Under the pieces are notes generated by a model. That model was not told the origin of the DNA. It did not search any database and saw nothing but the letters and a program-made list of their open reading frames with translations. From an uncultured Acidobacteriota bacterium (GTDB lineage: Bacteria; Acidobacteriota; Terriglobia; Terriglobales; Acidobacteriaceae): a stretch of DNA of 64,000 nt. Positions 34,022 through 45,662 of this stretch are shown here, piece by piece. Numbering within the stretch: the first letter of the stretch is position 1; each line of letters starts with the position of its first letter. Where the stretch lies: positions 124,713 to 188,712 of the forward strand of contig CAVSTL010000006.1 of the NCBI GenBank assembly GCA_963730805.1. The letters run 5' to 3'. The position numbers and the translations under genes were made by a program.

Positions 34022-36049
34022 TTGAAACAAGCAATTGGGTGCGGCCTGGCGTTTTTATGCGCGATCTCTGTGCGCGCCCAGGTCACCGTCACGGAGCCGA
34101 TTCCGCAGACTGTGCTCATCGACGTGAACGCCGCTGATGTCGTCGGGGATCCAATCCCGCGTACAATCTTCGGGACGTTTCTCGAGCCCATCGGCAATTC
34201 GACCTATAACGGATTGTGGGCCGAGATCCTCGAGAACCCCAGCTTCGAGTCAGGTTTGTGGACACCTCAGAAGATGAGCGACATGCTTCACGATCGGCCG
34301 GAGTTACGACATGCCGGAGACCTCGGGTTGCCACTGCCCTGGGAGCCGCTCGATCCGCGCCAGGGCAATCGCTACGAACTTCACTACGGAGACGCCGCGA
34401 ATTCCTTCCAGGCGCTGCGCGTGCTGGCTGTGCCCGGCGAGCCTACCGGCATCAAGCAGAAGATCTATCTTCCCATCCATCGCACGCGCCATTATCAGGG
34501 AAGCTTCTACGCGAAGCACCTGGGCGGCGCGGATACGGTCACCGTCGGCCTGCGCATTCGTGATCAGAACGAGATGCTCGTCTCTCAGGACGTTCACGCT
34601 GCCGATGCAGGTTGGAAGAAATATGACTTCAAGCTTGAAGTTCCGGAAGGCAAGCTGCACCGCCTGGATGCAGCCGACTTTGTCGTGCAACTCGCCGGTG
34701 ACGAACGCGTTGAGCTAGACCAGTCTTCCCTGATGCCCTCGGACGCGATGGACGGGCTCGATCCGGATGCTGTCAATTTGGCCAAGGCGATGAACACTCC
34801 GTTGGTCCGCTTCGGCGGCAACTTCACATCCTCCTACCACTGGACCGACGGCGTAGGCCCGCGCGACAAGCGAGTGAGCATGATCAACAACTCGTGGGGC
34901 ATACCCGAGTACAACACTTTCGGCACTGACGAATTCCTCGCATTCTGCCATTTGATCAACGCTCAGCCACAGGTCGCATTGAATCTCGGCAGCGGCACCG
35001 CGGACGAGGCTGCGGGATGGGTCCGCTATGTCAACGAACACTGGACAACGCACTCCGGCCTGCTGTGGGAACTAGGCAACGAACTGTGGGGCAACTGGAA
35101 TCTCGGCTATCCCACGCGCGATCAGCTTGCGCAGCGGACGCTTGAATTCAGTAAAGCGATTCGCGCTGTTGATCCAGCCGCACGCCTCATTGCCACTGGC
35201 GCGGATCCCGAAGTTTTCAGCAGCTGGAACGCGATTCAACTTAGCAATCCGCCCGGCACGTTCGATTACCTCTCCACGCACTTTGTCGTCGGGACGAGTA
35301 ACGTACGCGCGAAGTCACCGACTCCCGGCTTTGTGGCCGCTGCGGCCTTTGCGTTGCCCATCGAACTCGAGCGCCGCCTGCATGACGAGCAGAAGCAAAT
35401 TGATGAGACTTCCGGCTACGCGGGAAAAGCCCACATCGCGTTCACCGAATGGCTCTTCATTGGAGAGCATCGCAACGCTCCGAGTTTCACGAACCTCGGC
35501 GGAGCCATCATCACGGGGGGATTTCTAAACATGATGATGCGCAGCTCCGCCTTCGTTCCCATTTCCGACATGACGGGGATCATGGAATTTGCCGGCATCT
35601 GGAAGAAGCGGAGCCAGGTGTATGCCACGCCGGCGTACTACGTCTTCAAGATGTATGCCAACGCCGATGCCGCGCGGCGCGTCTCAGCGACCGCCAACTC
35701 CGGCTCGTACTCCATAGCGCAAGGCGTGGACCGGCTGCCCGACATAGCTGCCGTGCCTTATCTTGACGTGGTCGCAACCGTGAGCCAGGATGGCCGCAAA
35801 CTGACGCTGTTCTGCGTCAATCGCAGCCTCGATACCGACATCGCTTCGACCATCCGACTCGAGCGCTTCGACTCCAAAAAGACAGCCGCTGTGCATCTGC
35901 TCAGTTCCGGCTCAATCAACGATGTCAACGATGAGATGAATCCGATGAACATCGAGGCTGTTGACACCGCCGAGCCTGTTCAGCCGGGCGGATGGTCTCA
36001 TTTATTTCCACATGCGAGCGTGACTGTGATTTCGATCGACCGCAAATAG
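34022..36049 (+). CDS. Alpha-L-arabinofuranosidase, GH51 (start approximate)
   Basis: FGTFLE, RFGGNF, FGTDEF, WELGNE (acid/base), AFTEW (nucleophile); signal peptide. Confidence 0.9.
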   Translation: MKQAIGCGLAFLCAISVRAQVTVTEPIPQTVLIDVNAADVVGDPIPRTIFGTFLEPIGNSTYNGLWAEILENPSFESGLWTPQKMSDMLHDRPELRHAGDLGLPLPWEPLDPRQGNRYELHYGDAANSFQALRVLAVPGEPTGIKQKIYLPIHRTRHYQGSFYAKHLGGADTVTVGLRIRDQNEMLVSQDVHAADAGWKKYDFKLEVPEGKLHRLDAADFVVQLAGDERVELDQSSLMPSDAMDGLDPDAVNLAKAMNTPLVRFGGNFTSSYHWTDGVGPRDKRVSMINNSWGIPEYNTFGTDEFLAFCHLINAQPQVALNLGSGTADEAAGWVRYVNEHWTTHSGLLWELGNELWGNWNLGYPTRDQLAQRTLEFSKAIRAVDPAARLIATGADPEVFSSWNAIQLSNPPGTFDYLSTHFVVGTSNVRAKSPTPGFVAAAAFALPIELERRLHDEQKQIDETSGYAGKAHIAFTEWLFIGEHRNAPSFTNLGGAIITGGFLNMMMRSSAFVPISDMTGIMEFAGIWKKRSQVYATPAYYVFKMYANADAARRVSATANSGSYSIAQGVDRLPDIAAVPYLDVVATVSQDGRKLTLFCVNRSLDTDIASTIRLERFDSKKTAAVHLLSSGSINDVNDEMNPMNIEAVDTAEPVQPGGWSHLFPHASVTVISIDRK

Positions 36050-36094
36050 GCGCGCCAAGATCGGCAACGCCAAACGAGAAGAAAGGACGAGTTT

Positions 36095-37240
36095 GTGAAG
36101 ACGATTGCAATCCGGTCATATCTGCGGGTTCTGAGCGCGATGCTGCCCCTGGCGTTCTTTTGCGTGTGGCATTTATCGGCTTCGGGACAGGAAACGAAAT
36201 GGACTGAAGACCACGCCAACCAGTGGTACGCCCAGCAGCCGTGGCTGGTGGGTGCAAACTTTCTGCCGTCCAATGCCGTGAACGAACTGGAGATGTGGCA
36301 GGCCGATAGCTTCGATCCCAAGGAGATCGATCGCGAACTGGGATGGGCTGAGAAGATAGGCATGAACACCATGCGCGTGTTCCTCCACAACCTGGTCTGG
36401 GAACAGGACGCGGCGGGATTTCAAAGCCGCATCGATCGATTTCTTTCCATTGCCGCGAGCCACCATATCCGGCCCATGCTGGTGCTCTTTGATTCCTGCT
36501 GGGACCCGAACCCCAAGCTCGGCCCGCAACGGCCGCCTATTCCCGGCGTTCACAACTCGGGCTGGGTGCAGGCGCCCGGCAAGGCCATGCTCGTCGATCC
36601 CGCGCAGTACCCGCACCTGAAAGCCTATGTGCAAGGCGTGGTCGGCGCGTTCGCCAACGACCAGCGCATTCTTGCCTGGGATGTATGGAACGAGCCGGAC
36701 AACGACAACGGCTCCTCGTATGGGAAACTGGAGCCCGCCAACAAGCGCGATCTTGTCCTGGCGCTGCTGCCGCAGGTGTTCGCATGGGCCCGCGACAAGC
36801 GCCCGGTTCAGCCGCTCACCAGCGGCGTGTGGGCGGGCGACTGGTCATCGCTCGATCGCATGGCGCCGATGGCGCGCACACAAATCGAACAGTCCGATGT
36901 GATCTCGTTTCACAACTATGACTGGCCGGAAGGTTTCGAAGCGCGCATTCAGGAGTTGCAGCAATTTAAACGGCCGCTGCTCTGCACCGAATACATGGCG
37001 AGAGGCGCGGGCAGCACATTTGATACGATTCTGCCCATTGCAAAGAAGAATCACGTAGCGGCCATCAACTGGGGCCTGGTGAAGGGACGCAGCCAGACGT
37101 ATTTGCCATGGGATTCGTGGCGGCACCCCTACATTACCGAGTCGCCGACGGTATGGTTTCACGATGTTTTCTACGAAGACGGCACGCCCTACCGCCAGCG
37201 CGAAGCGGAACTGATTCGAAAGGCGACGGAGAAGCAGTAG
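36095..37240 (+). CDS. Clan-A glycoside hydrolase, GH5-like (putative endo-xylanase/mannanase)
   Basis: NTMRVFLH, WDVWNEP (acid/base), ISFHNY, CTEYMAR (nucleophile); signal peptide. Confidence 0.85.
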   Translation: MKTIAIRSYLRVLSAMLPLAFFCVWHLSASGQETKWTEDHANQWYAQQPWLVGANFLPSNAVNELEMWQADSFDPKEIDRELGWAEKIGMNTMRVFLHNLVWEQDAAGFQSRIDRFLSIAASHHIRPMLVLFDSCWDPNPKLGPQRPPIPGVHNSGWVQAPGKAMLVDPAQYPHLKAYVQGVVGAFANDQRILAWDVWNEPDNDNGSSYGKLEPANKRDLVLALLPQVFAWARDKRPVQPLTSGVWAGDWSSLDRMAPMARTQIEQSDVISFHNYDWPEGFEARIQELQQFKRPLLCTEYMARGAGSTFDTILPIAKKNHVAAINWGLVKGRSQTYLPWDSWRHPYITESPTVWFHDVFYEDGTPYRQREAELIRKATEKQ

Positions 37241-37251
37241 ATGACGCCAAT

Positions 37252-38226
37252 CTACTCCTGGCTGTGTACCGAATAGAGCTTCTGGCTCGCCGCGAATTCC
37301 TGTTTTGCGCGCTCAGATTGCCCGTCCTGGCGGAGCGCGCGGCCCAGTTCAAAATGCGCCTTGGGATCGTTGGGATCAAGGCGCGTCGCCTCTTCGAGTT
37401 CCGCAATGCTTCCGGGAAGATCATTCGACGCCAGGAGCGCGCGGCCCAGTTTTTCGTGACACACCGCGCAACTACTCCGTATCCGCACCGCCGTGCGCAG
37501 CGGATCCATTGCCTCGGCGGCACGTTCGCGGTCGAGCAAAAAGCTTCCCAGGTCAAGGAAGGGCCATTCATCTTTGTTTTCGCCGGCGGCCCAGGTCGCC
37601 GCCTTGCGCAGCGCTTCTTCCGCCTCTTCGGGGTGGTTGGTCGCGTCCAGGACCAGACCGAGGTTCTCTTCCGCTTTCAGGTGCGTGGGTTCAATGGCGA
37701 GGACGCGCTCGTACATCTTTCCAGCGTCAACATAACGATCCTTGGAGTAGTAGCATCGCCCCAGCGAATACAGCACATCGACGTTGTTCGGCTCCATCTT
37801 TAACGCTCGTTCGAGCCAGCGAATCGCATCTTCATAATCTTTCAAAAGAACATAATCAAGGGCCACGGAGCGAAGTTCAATGGCGGTGGGGATGCGGGAA
37901 CGCGCGGCCTGCGTGTAGGTATCGAGCGACTGGCGCGGTTTCCCCTCCTGGCGAAGGACGAGGGCCAGTTGATAAAGGAGCGCGGAAGATTCGGGTTGCC
38001 TGGCGATCTGCTCGCGCAACCCGGCTTCCCTCTGCGCCAACGCGGAATCTGCGATGGCCGACTCCTCGCGGGCGTAGGGAGCCGGCTCGCGATGCACCTC
38101 TTTGCTGACGGGCGCACCCTGTGCCGTCGCTCTCACATTCCACGCGATCGCAACGACCAGCGCAAATAACGCCATGAGTCTGGCCCGATGTCTCAATGCT
38201 TTGCTGGACCTCGCATTTATTGGCAA
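37252..38226 (-). CDS. Exported TPR protein
   Basis: Signal peptide, then YSLGRCYY, AEENLGLVL, AHFELGRAL repeats. Confidence 0.88.
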   Translation of the reverse strand: MPINARSSKALRHRARLMALFALVVAIAWNVRATAQGAPVSKEVHREPAPYAREESAIADSALAQREAGLREQIARQPESSALLYQLALVLRQEGKPRQSLDTYTQAARSRIPTAIELRSVALDYVLLKDYEDAIRWLERALKMEPNNVDVLYSLGRCYYSKDRYVDAGKMYERVLAIEPTHLKAEENLGLVLDATNHPEEAEEALRKAATWAAGENKDEWPFLDLGSFLLDRERAAEAMDPLRTAVRIRSSCAVCHEKLGRALLASNDLPGSIAELEEATRLDPNDPKAHFELGRALRQDGQSERAKQEFAASQKLYSVHSQE

Positions 38227-38380
38227 CTAACACTGTAACGTTTCTTCCCAACAAACGTCGGTGAAACGATCACCTCGCGCGACGAAATATTGAGTGTCCT
38301 GGTATCAAGGTTGTTTGGCTCCAGCCCCAGGCGATTGTAAAGCTGGAAATCGGCATCGAATATAAGAGACGAAAACCCTT

Positions 38381-39910
38381 ATGCCATTAAAACCAATCTC
38401 ACGTCGCGAATTGTTGAAAGTTGGAGCGGCCGCCGGAACGGCACAGATGCTGGGCGGATTACTCTCCGGATGTGGCGGGCACAGCATGCCTTCTCCCACT
38501 CCTACCCCCACACCCAGCACCTGCGCCAAAATCACCGACATCGACCACGTCGTGATACTCATGCAGGAAAACCGCTCGTTCGATCACTATTTTGGAAGCT
38601 ATCGCGGAGTGCGGGGCTTTGCCGACCAGAGCGCGGCATTTCAGCAGCCCTATCCGGCCAACACTTCAAATGCGCCGGCGGGTGTCCTGCTGCCGTTCCA
38701 CATGGATACAACCAAGCTCAATGCGGCCTGCACGCATGACATTACTCACGATTGGGTCCCGCAACACCAGAGCTGGAACAACGGCGCGATGGATGGATTT
38801 GTGACTTCCCGCCTGGCGATCAACGCGAATGATGCTGTACTCACCATGGGTTACTACACGCGCGCCGACCTACCGTATTATTACGCGCTGGCCGACGCGT
38901 TCACGCTTTGCGACAACTACTTCTGCTCGGTCATCGGCCCTACGGACCCAAATCGGCTCTATTCCATGGCGGCGTCGATCGATCCCGACGGAAAGAATGG
39001 CGGGCCAGTGCTGCAGACGCTGGTTGCGCAGCGATCAGCGTTCTTCGGCAAGCTCACCTACACCACCATGCCGGAGCAGCTTCAGGCGCGCGGCATCTCG
39101 TGGAAAGTGTACACATCGCCCGACCAGAGCATCCTAAACGGATTGTTCTCCGACAACGTACTTTCCTATTTCAAGAACTTCCAGGATTCCTCGTCGCCGC
39201 TGTACCAGAATGCCTTTGGCCCGCAGTTCCCCACAGACTTCCTCGCCGATGCGGTATCGGGGAATCTGCCCCAGGTGTCGTGGGTCATCGTGTCAGTGGT
39301 GGATTCAGATCATCCACCCGCGCCGGCGTTGTTCGGCGAAGCCACCCTGGATGCGATCCTGAAGGCACTCATGGCCAATTCCGCCGCGTGGGCCAAGACC
39401 GCTGTATTTGTTACTTACGACGAAAACGGTGGCTTTTTCGATCACGTGGCTCCCATAACTGCGCCGGCCGGCACGCCCGGCGAATACGTGACCGTACCTG
39501 CGGTTCCGGATCCGACGGTTGCCGGAAGCCCGCCGATCTCCGGCCCGATCGGCCTTGGTTTCCGTGTACCCACGCTGGTGATCTCGCCTTTCAGCCGCGG
39601 CGGTTTTGTTTCGTCGGACGCGTTCGATCACACATCTCTTTTGCGGTTCCTCGAGACCCGCTTCGGCGCAGAGGTGCCGAATCTTTCCGCCTGGCGTCGC
39701 GCAACCGTCGGCGATATGACCACCGCGTTCAACTTCACCAAGCCGGACAATTCGATCCCGTCGTTGCCATCAACCACTGGCGCCATTTCCACAGTGATAA
39801 GTGAGTGTGTGGCTAACCTTGCGGGTTTCACGCCCTATCAACTGCCTACGCCGCAGGCCATGCCAACCCAGGAATCAGGAACGCCCAGCCGGCCGAGCGG
39901 CACTTGCTGA
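38381..39910 (+). CDS. Phosphoesterase / phospholipase C (AcpA/PlcH family), Tat lipoprotein
   Basis: SRRELLK twin-arginine motif, LLSGC lipobox, PT linker, HVVILMQENRSFDHYFG, GPTDPNR, YDENGGFFDHV, GLGFRVP. Confidence 0.92.
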   Translation: MPLKPISRRELLKVGAAAGTAQMLGGLLSGCGGHSMPSPTPTPTPSTCAKITDIDHVVILMQENRSFDHYFGSYRGVRGFADQSAAFQQPYPANTSNAPAGVLLPFHMDTTKLNAACTHDITHDWVPQHQSWNNGAMDGFVTSRLAINANDAVLTMGYYTRADLPYYYALADAFTLCDNYFCSVIGPTDPNRLYSMAASIDPDGKNGGPVLQTLVAQRSAFFGKLTYTTMPEQLQARGISWKVYTSPDQSILNGLFSDNVLSYFKNFQDSSSPLYQNAFGPQFPTDFLADAVSGNLPQVSWVIVSVVDSDHPPAPALFGEATLDAILKALMANSAAWAKTAVFVTYDENGGFFDHVAPITAPAGTPGEYVTVPAVPDPTVAGSPPISGPIGLGFRVPTLVISPFSRGGFVSSDAFDHTSLLRFLETRFGAEVPNLSAWRRATVGDMTTAFNFTKPDNSIPSLPSTTGAISTVISECVANLAGFTPYQLPTPQAMPTQESGTPSRPSGTC

Positions 39911-39917
39911 GCCGCAC

Positions 39918-40991
39918 TTATTTCTCGAGCAACGCCCGGGCGGCCCACAGCACCGGCGCCTGGCCGTGGAAGTCTCCGGTCTTCCGCGGCCGCGCCAGGT
40001 AGTAGTCATAGCTGTTCTGCTTGTTGGTGCCCATGCAGACATTGGTCACGTCGGAATTCTGATCCACGAAGCCGGCCAATGCGATCCAACCTTTGCGCGC
40101 CGCCGGTCCATACGTCTCTTCCGGCAGCCAGCCGCGGCGGACTCCTTCGATCATCGCAAAGGTGAACATGCCCGTCGAGGAACTCTCCTCCCACGATTCG
40201 GGATGATCGATGAGCTGGCGCCACGTGCCGTCGGGACTCTGGTTCTTCAGTAGCTCGGCCATCATCTTTCGATAAGCAGCCAGGATCTCGGCGCGCTGGG
40301 GATGATTCTCGGGAAGGGAACTCAGCATCTCCGCCATGCCCACCGCTACCCAGCCATCGCCCCGTCCCCAAAAGAACGGCACATCGTCGGCGTGATAAAA
40401 GAGTCCGTTCGGCTGTTGCAGCTTGCGCAGATATGCCACCATCTCGTTGGCGTCGCGATCCAGATACTTGCGGTCGTCCGTGGCGCGATACGCCTCAAGC
40501 TGCAGAATTGTCAGCATGAACATGTCGTCGATCCAGAACCGGGTCTCACCGGAAAGCCCATCAGGCCGCGGGTTTGCCCACTGGCGGTCAGCGAAATGCA
40601 GCCCCATGTCGCGAGCGGCGTGATCCTTGGTTTCGATCGAGATCTGCAGCGGCACCACCCCGAAGATCTCAAAATCCACGTGCTCCTTGTCGGGAACCAG
40701 GTCGTGAAACTGAGGCGTAAGCAGTGGCCGATAGCGTGCCTGCAATTGCGACTGGAGTGCAGTGTTGTCGGTTGCCTCCGCATACTTCAGCGCGCCATAC
40801 CATGCGCACACTTCGGGATAAACGATAGGGCTCAGGTGGGCGCTCTCCAGGAAGTGCATGGCCACACGGTCGCCGATGTTGTGCGGGTCGGCATTCTCCG
40901 GCCAATTCTGAAAATACTTCTGCTGCGCAAGCGAAACGGCTGAAATACTCCATATCAACAGGCAAGCGGCGGCAAGGAGAAGGTTGCGCAT
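39918..40991 (-). CDS. Unsaturated glycuronyl/rhamnogalacturonyl hydrolase, GH88/GH105
   Basis: FWIDDMFM, NGLFYH, FFWGRGDGW, ESSSTGMFTFA; signal peptide. Confidence 0.9.
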   Translation of the reverse strand: MRNLLLAAACLLIWSISAVSLAQQKYFQNWPENADPHNIGDRVAMHFLESAHLSPIVYPEVCAWYGALKYAEATDNTALQSQLQARYRPLLTPQFHDLVPDKEHVDFEIFGVVPLQISIETKDHAARDMGLHFADRQWANPRPDGLSGETRFWIDDMFMLTILQLEAYRATDDRKYLDRDANEMVAYLRKLQQPNGLFYHADDVPFFWGRGDGWVAVGMAEMLSSLPENHPQRAEILAAYRKMMAELLKNQSPDGTWRQLIDHPESWEESSSTGMFTFAMIEGVRRGWLPEETYGPAARKGWIALAGFVDQNSDVTNVCMGTNKQNSYDYYLARPRKTGDFHGQAPVLWAARALLEK

Positions 40992-41150
40992 TGTCGAGGT
41001 CGCTCCTTTTACTTCGTCACCAGTTGGTCGCGCGAAAAGCGCAACACCCGAGTCCCGGCTATTTTAGCGTCGTTCGGAGAGGTCGGACCACTTGATGTCC
41101 CGTACGCAGGATGCACTTCTGTTCTCGTCGCTGCGGACTTTGTCTCGAAC

Positions 41151-44100
41151 TCAGAACAGAGGCAGCGATCCTGAAGGCTGGTTGATCGTGACTGCTGGAA
41201 CTTGGGGTATGGTGGGCCGTTTGCGTTGCGCTCGCGCCACGCGAACATCCCGATGAACCGGATTGCCTTCTGCCAACGTTCCATTGTAAAAAACGACCGA
41301 CCGCCCAGGTGCCGCGGCCACGCGTTCTCCGGGAATGAGAATGCCGGCGAGGTTCATGGGATCGGCTCCTGCGACCGTGACGGTTTCCTCTGAATCGCGA
41401 TGACGGGCAGCTCGCAGGCTTTCGACAGCCTCGGGCAAGGCAAACTGCTCTCCGCCAAATCCGTTGACGAATCGGCCGCCGCGTACTTCGCCTCGATCTT
41501 CTAATCGGCGCAGCATGCGCAGCAATGCGCCCCAACGAGGAATGTTGGACTCGCGCGCGACGAGGTCGCGGAATACTACGCCGTAGCGGGCCAGAAGCAT
41601 GCGCGCCGCCGATTCGACAGCGGCGTCGGCGCGCCGCGCTTTTTCGAGCGGATCCACCATCGTGGGAATATCGGCGCTGAACAGAGACCATCGTCCCGCG
41701 GCACTGCGCATCTTCCGATGCGTGGCGACGGCCGCAGGCTTGCGTTCCGGATCGATCATGGCGCGCAGTTGATCGAACCCGTCGGCCGCAGCCAACCCGG
41801 CCGCGGCCAGTTCCCAAAGCGCAACTTGCGCATGTTGCCGGGTGAGGACGAGCATGCGCTGCACGTCTTCGATGAAGCACGCTCCCCGAGCCTTGAGCAG
41901 TTCCCACGTACGCAACGCGTCAGGCGTCAATGCCTGGTTGAGTTTCCGGTCGTCCACGCATTGCTCTTCGAGCGCGTGCGCCAACCACTCCGCCGAGTCG
42001 CGAACGTAGAAGGTAATCGGTGCCGCATTCGATGGAATCACGCGTCGCGGCCCCGAACCATCGCCCGCAGCGAATGCCGGATGCGGAGAAACGCGCCCCC
42101 AGCCCACGGCGCCAGAAAGGCAAAGCCGGTCAAGCCACCCAGGATTGTATTCCGCGACGCGCGCCGGAAGCAGCGATCGCTCCCACTCGATGGCGGGCGC
42201 CTCGAATCCTTCCAACTGCGTCAGCACTTCGAGCAGTCCTTCTTCACCGGCCAATTGGGTTTGCGGCGCTAGGTGCTGCCAGCGCAACAGCCAGCGCATG
42301 AACGTCGCCGGTGCCACAGGCTCGACTTCCCGGCGCCGGATTCCAATGGTGAGTTTGTGAATGCGCTGCAGGATGCGCCGCTCGCACCACTCAATGTCAT
42401 GATCCTCGGTGACAGGTGGCTTTTCGAAACTGCCGCGCATGAGCAGGCCCTGTACTTCCATCGCGATGAACGCCTGGAATACAAGCGCAGGATCAAGGCT
42501 CATCATGCGGGCGAAGCTGTTCGCGGTCGTTGGTCCCAGAACCTGAGCCCATCCCTGCACGCATTTCTTCACAATGTCTTCTGTCGAGATGTTCGGTGTC
42601 GATCCGCCATGCCACAATCCCACTCACGAATTCGAGGCGCTCTGTTGTCACCCAACAGGGTTGGCCGCAGCAATCGATCGTCTGCGCGCGCCCGCTCTGT
42701 TCAAGGCGCTGGTAAAGTCCGGCCCAGTGTGAGCTGCGATCGCCATCGATCATCGCCAGCGGGAGCGCGACCAGGCCCATCAGCAGATCATGCAGCTCAT
42801 GCTCATCGCGAATGTCGGGCCAGCACTCGGACCGCACGGTGTCGATAGCGTGTTGATCGAGCTTGCCCGCCCGCTCCAGCACGCTTGCGGGAATCTCGCT
42901 GCGCAGTGAAACCGCGCGGGTTCGCCGCTCTTCGAGGCCGGCTTCATCGAGAAACGCATAGGGATTGGCATTCATCAACTCATGCGCAAACTGCGATGGC
43001 ACCGGCGTGTCCACGGCCAGGCAGCGAATGCTTCCGTCCTTGATGCCGCGCAGAACATCGAGCAATCCCTCCAGGTCCATGGCTTCCTGCAGCACGTCCT
43101 GCATTACTTCGCGCACCAGCGGGTGGTCAGGAATCTGAATGTCGCCTTCGATGTTTTCAAAACATGCTGCCGCCTGCGGAAACACGCTCGCCATCAGGTC
43201 GTCGGAACGTATGCGCTGAATCTGCGGCGCGATGCGCTTACCCTTGGAGAAGCGCAGCAGTTGCAGGCTGCGATTCGCGGCCCAACGCCAACGGGTCTTG
43301 AAGATCGGCGACGCCAGCGAAGCCTGCTCCAGCAAGTCTTTTGTCGTGACTTCCGTCAGAAATTGAAATACATCGGACAGGGGAAAGCTGTGCTGCTCGG
43401 CCAGGGAGATGTTGATGCCGTTGTCGGTTGCGGCCGCCTGCAATTCAAAGTTGAAGCCGCGGCAGAATCGCTTGCGCAACGCCAGGCCCCACGCCTTGTT
43501 GATACGCCCTCCGAAGGGGGCGTGCAGGATCAGCTGCATCCCTCCGCCTTCGTCGAAAAACCTCTCCGCAATGATGGTCGTCTTGGACGGCACGGCACCG
43601 AGGACGGCACGGCCGGTGACGATATAAGCAATGAGTTGCTGCGCGCCTGATGCGCACACTCCGCACTCTTCCATCAGCCACGCGATTGCCGATGCGACCT
43701 CGGGCTGCGCTGCCGAAATGAATCCCGGCGATGCACTCCCGGTTCGAGCAGAGATTTCTTCGCGCAGCTCGCTCACACCGTCGCAAAGAACGCCGCTCCT
43801 CTGCGGCGCTTCACCGAACCAGAAGGGAATACTGGGAGGCGCGCCGTGCGCATCTTCCACAAGCACCTGCCCCGCCGATTCGATGCGTTGGATGCGCCAG
43901 CTTGAGTTGCCGAGTAGCACCACGTCGCCAGGGCTTGAGTCCACCGCAAAATGTTCATCGAGGGTCGCGATCTGCACACCCTCCGGCTGCAGAATCACGT
44001 TAAACAGAGCCGTGTCGGGAATTGCGCCGCCATTGGAGATGGCAATCATGCGCGCGCCACGCCGCGCGTGCAGGCGGCCATGTACGCCATCGTGCATCAG

Positions 44101-45597
44101 GTAAGCACCGTAACGGCCGCGGGTCGATTCGATGCCGTTGCACAGGATCGCGGCCAACTCTTCAAACTGCTCGCGCGGCAGGTCGCGATAGGACCAGGCG
44201 CGCCGGAATACTTCGAACATCGATTCCTTGTCCCAGGACTCGGCGCCGCACGCCGCGACCATCTGCTGCATCAGCACGTCGATGGGGTGCGGAGGGATCT
44301 CGAGCTGATCGAGGACGCCCGCCCGCATCTTGCGCACCAATGCCGCTTGCTCCAGCAGATCGTCGCGCGTAGTGGCAAACAGGCGTCCCTTCGGAATCGC
44401 GCCGCGCCAATGTCCGGCGCGTCCCACGCGCTGCATGGCCACCGCGACCGCGCGTGTGCTGGCGATCTGGCAAACCAGGTCGACATCGCCGATATCAATT
44501 CCAAGTTCGAGCGACGCCGTCGCTACCAGAATCTTGATGTCGCCGCGCTTCAAGCGCTGTTCGGCATCGAGCCGCAGCGTTCGAGACAGTGAGCCATGGT
44601 GAGCGGCAACATTTTCGGTACCGAGCCGCTGTCCCAGTGCGAATGCGACCCGCTCCACCAGCTTGCGCGTATTCACGAATACCAGTGTCGATCGATGGTT
44701 CTCTGTGTACGCGGCCAGCTTGTCGAAGATCTCTTCCCACATGGGATAGGTGGTTACGGAACTGAGCTCGTCGGTCGGCACCTCGATGGCAATGTCCATG
44801 GCGCGACGCTGGCCGAGTTGCACGATGGTCGCCGGTTCACGCCGTGCATCAACTCCGGTCAAATAGTTCGCAACCAGCTCAATGGGGTTCTGCGTGGCGG
44901 AGAGACCGATGCGCTGCGGCGGCGGCATGAGGCCGGTGAGGAACGCATCCTGGGACAATTTGTTTTCGCCGCACACCAACGCTTCCAATCGTTCCAGTGA
45001 GAGCGCCAAGTGAGCGCCGCGCTTGTCATCGGCTACCGCGTGAATTTCGTCCACGATTACCGTGTGCACATGGCGCAAATGTTCGCGGCTCTTGCCGGCA
45101 GTGAGCAGGATGTAAAGCGACTCCGGCGTGGTCACCAGGATATGCGGAGGATGGCGCAGCATCGCGGTGCGCTCGCTGGGCAGCGTGTCACCCGTGCGCA
45201 CGCCGGTGCGAATCCCCATCGACAAGAAACCGCGCTCCAGCGCCAACTCCTGGATTTCCCTGAGCGGCCCTTCGAGGTTTTTCTGAATATCGTTGGAGAG
45301 TGCCTTGAGCGGCGACACGTACACCACCTGCGTCGTGCGCGGCAGGGAACCTTCAATCGATAGCCGAAGCAGCCTGTCGATGCAAACCAGGAATGCAGCG
45401 AGTGTTTTTCCCGAGCCGGTTGGCGCGGAGATGAGCGTCGACTTGCCCGCAAGGATGCTGGGCCAACCGCACACCTGCGGCTCGGTCGGTGTTCCAAATT
45501 TGGTGACGAACCATTCGGCAGTGACAGAGTGAGCCCAGGACAACTCGGCGGGGAAGGCCATGAGGGATTTTAGCCGATTCGCCTTTTGTTTGCCCAC
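41151..45597 (-). CDS. lhr: Lhr family large SF2 helicase with an apparent one-base insertion at about 42619-42621
   Basis: APTGSGKT, VSPLKALSND, DEIH, IGLSATQ, ATASLELGID, QRVGRAGH. The C-terminal region (ARYGVVFRD, GEVRGGRFV, DPMNL) continues in the next frame. Confidence 0.92.
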
Positions 45598-45662
45598 TTA
45601 GTTTTGCGCGACGCGCCCCTGGCACCATAGGCAGTGAAGAAGCGCCCGGATTTCGGCACCGA

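Noticed and set aside
38490-38520. Short tandem repeat as a phase-variation tract
   Set aside because: It encodes an in-frame Pro-Thr linker with varied codons.
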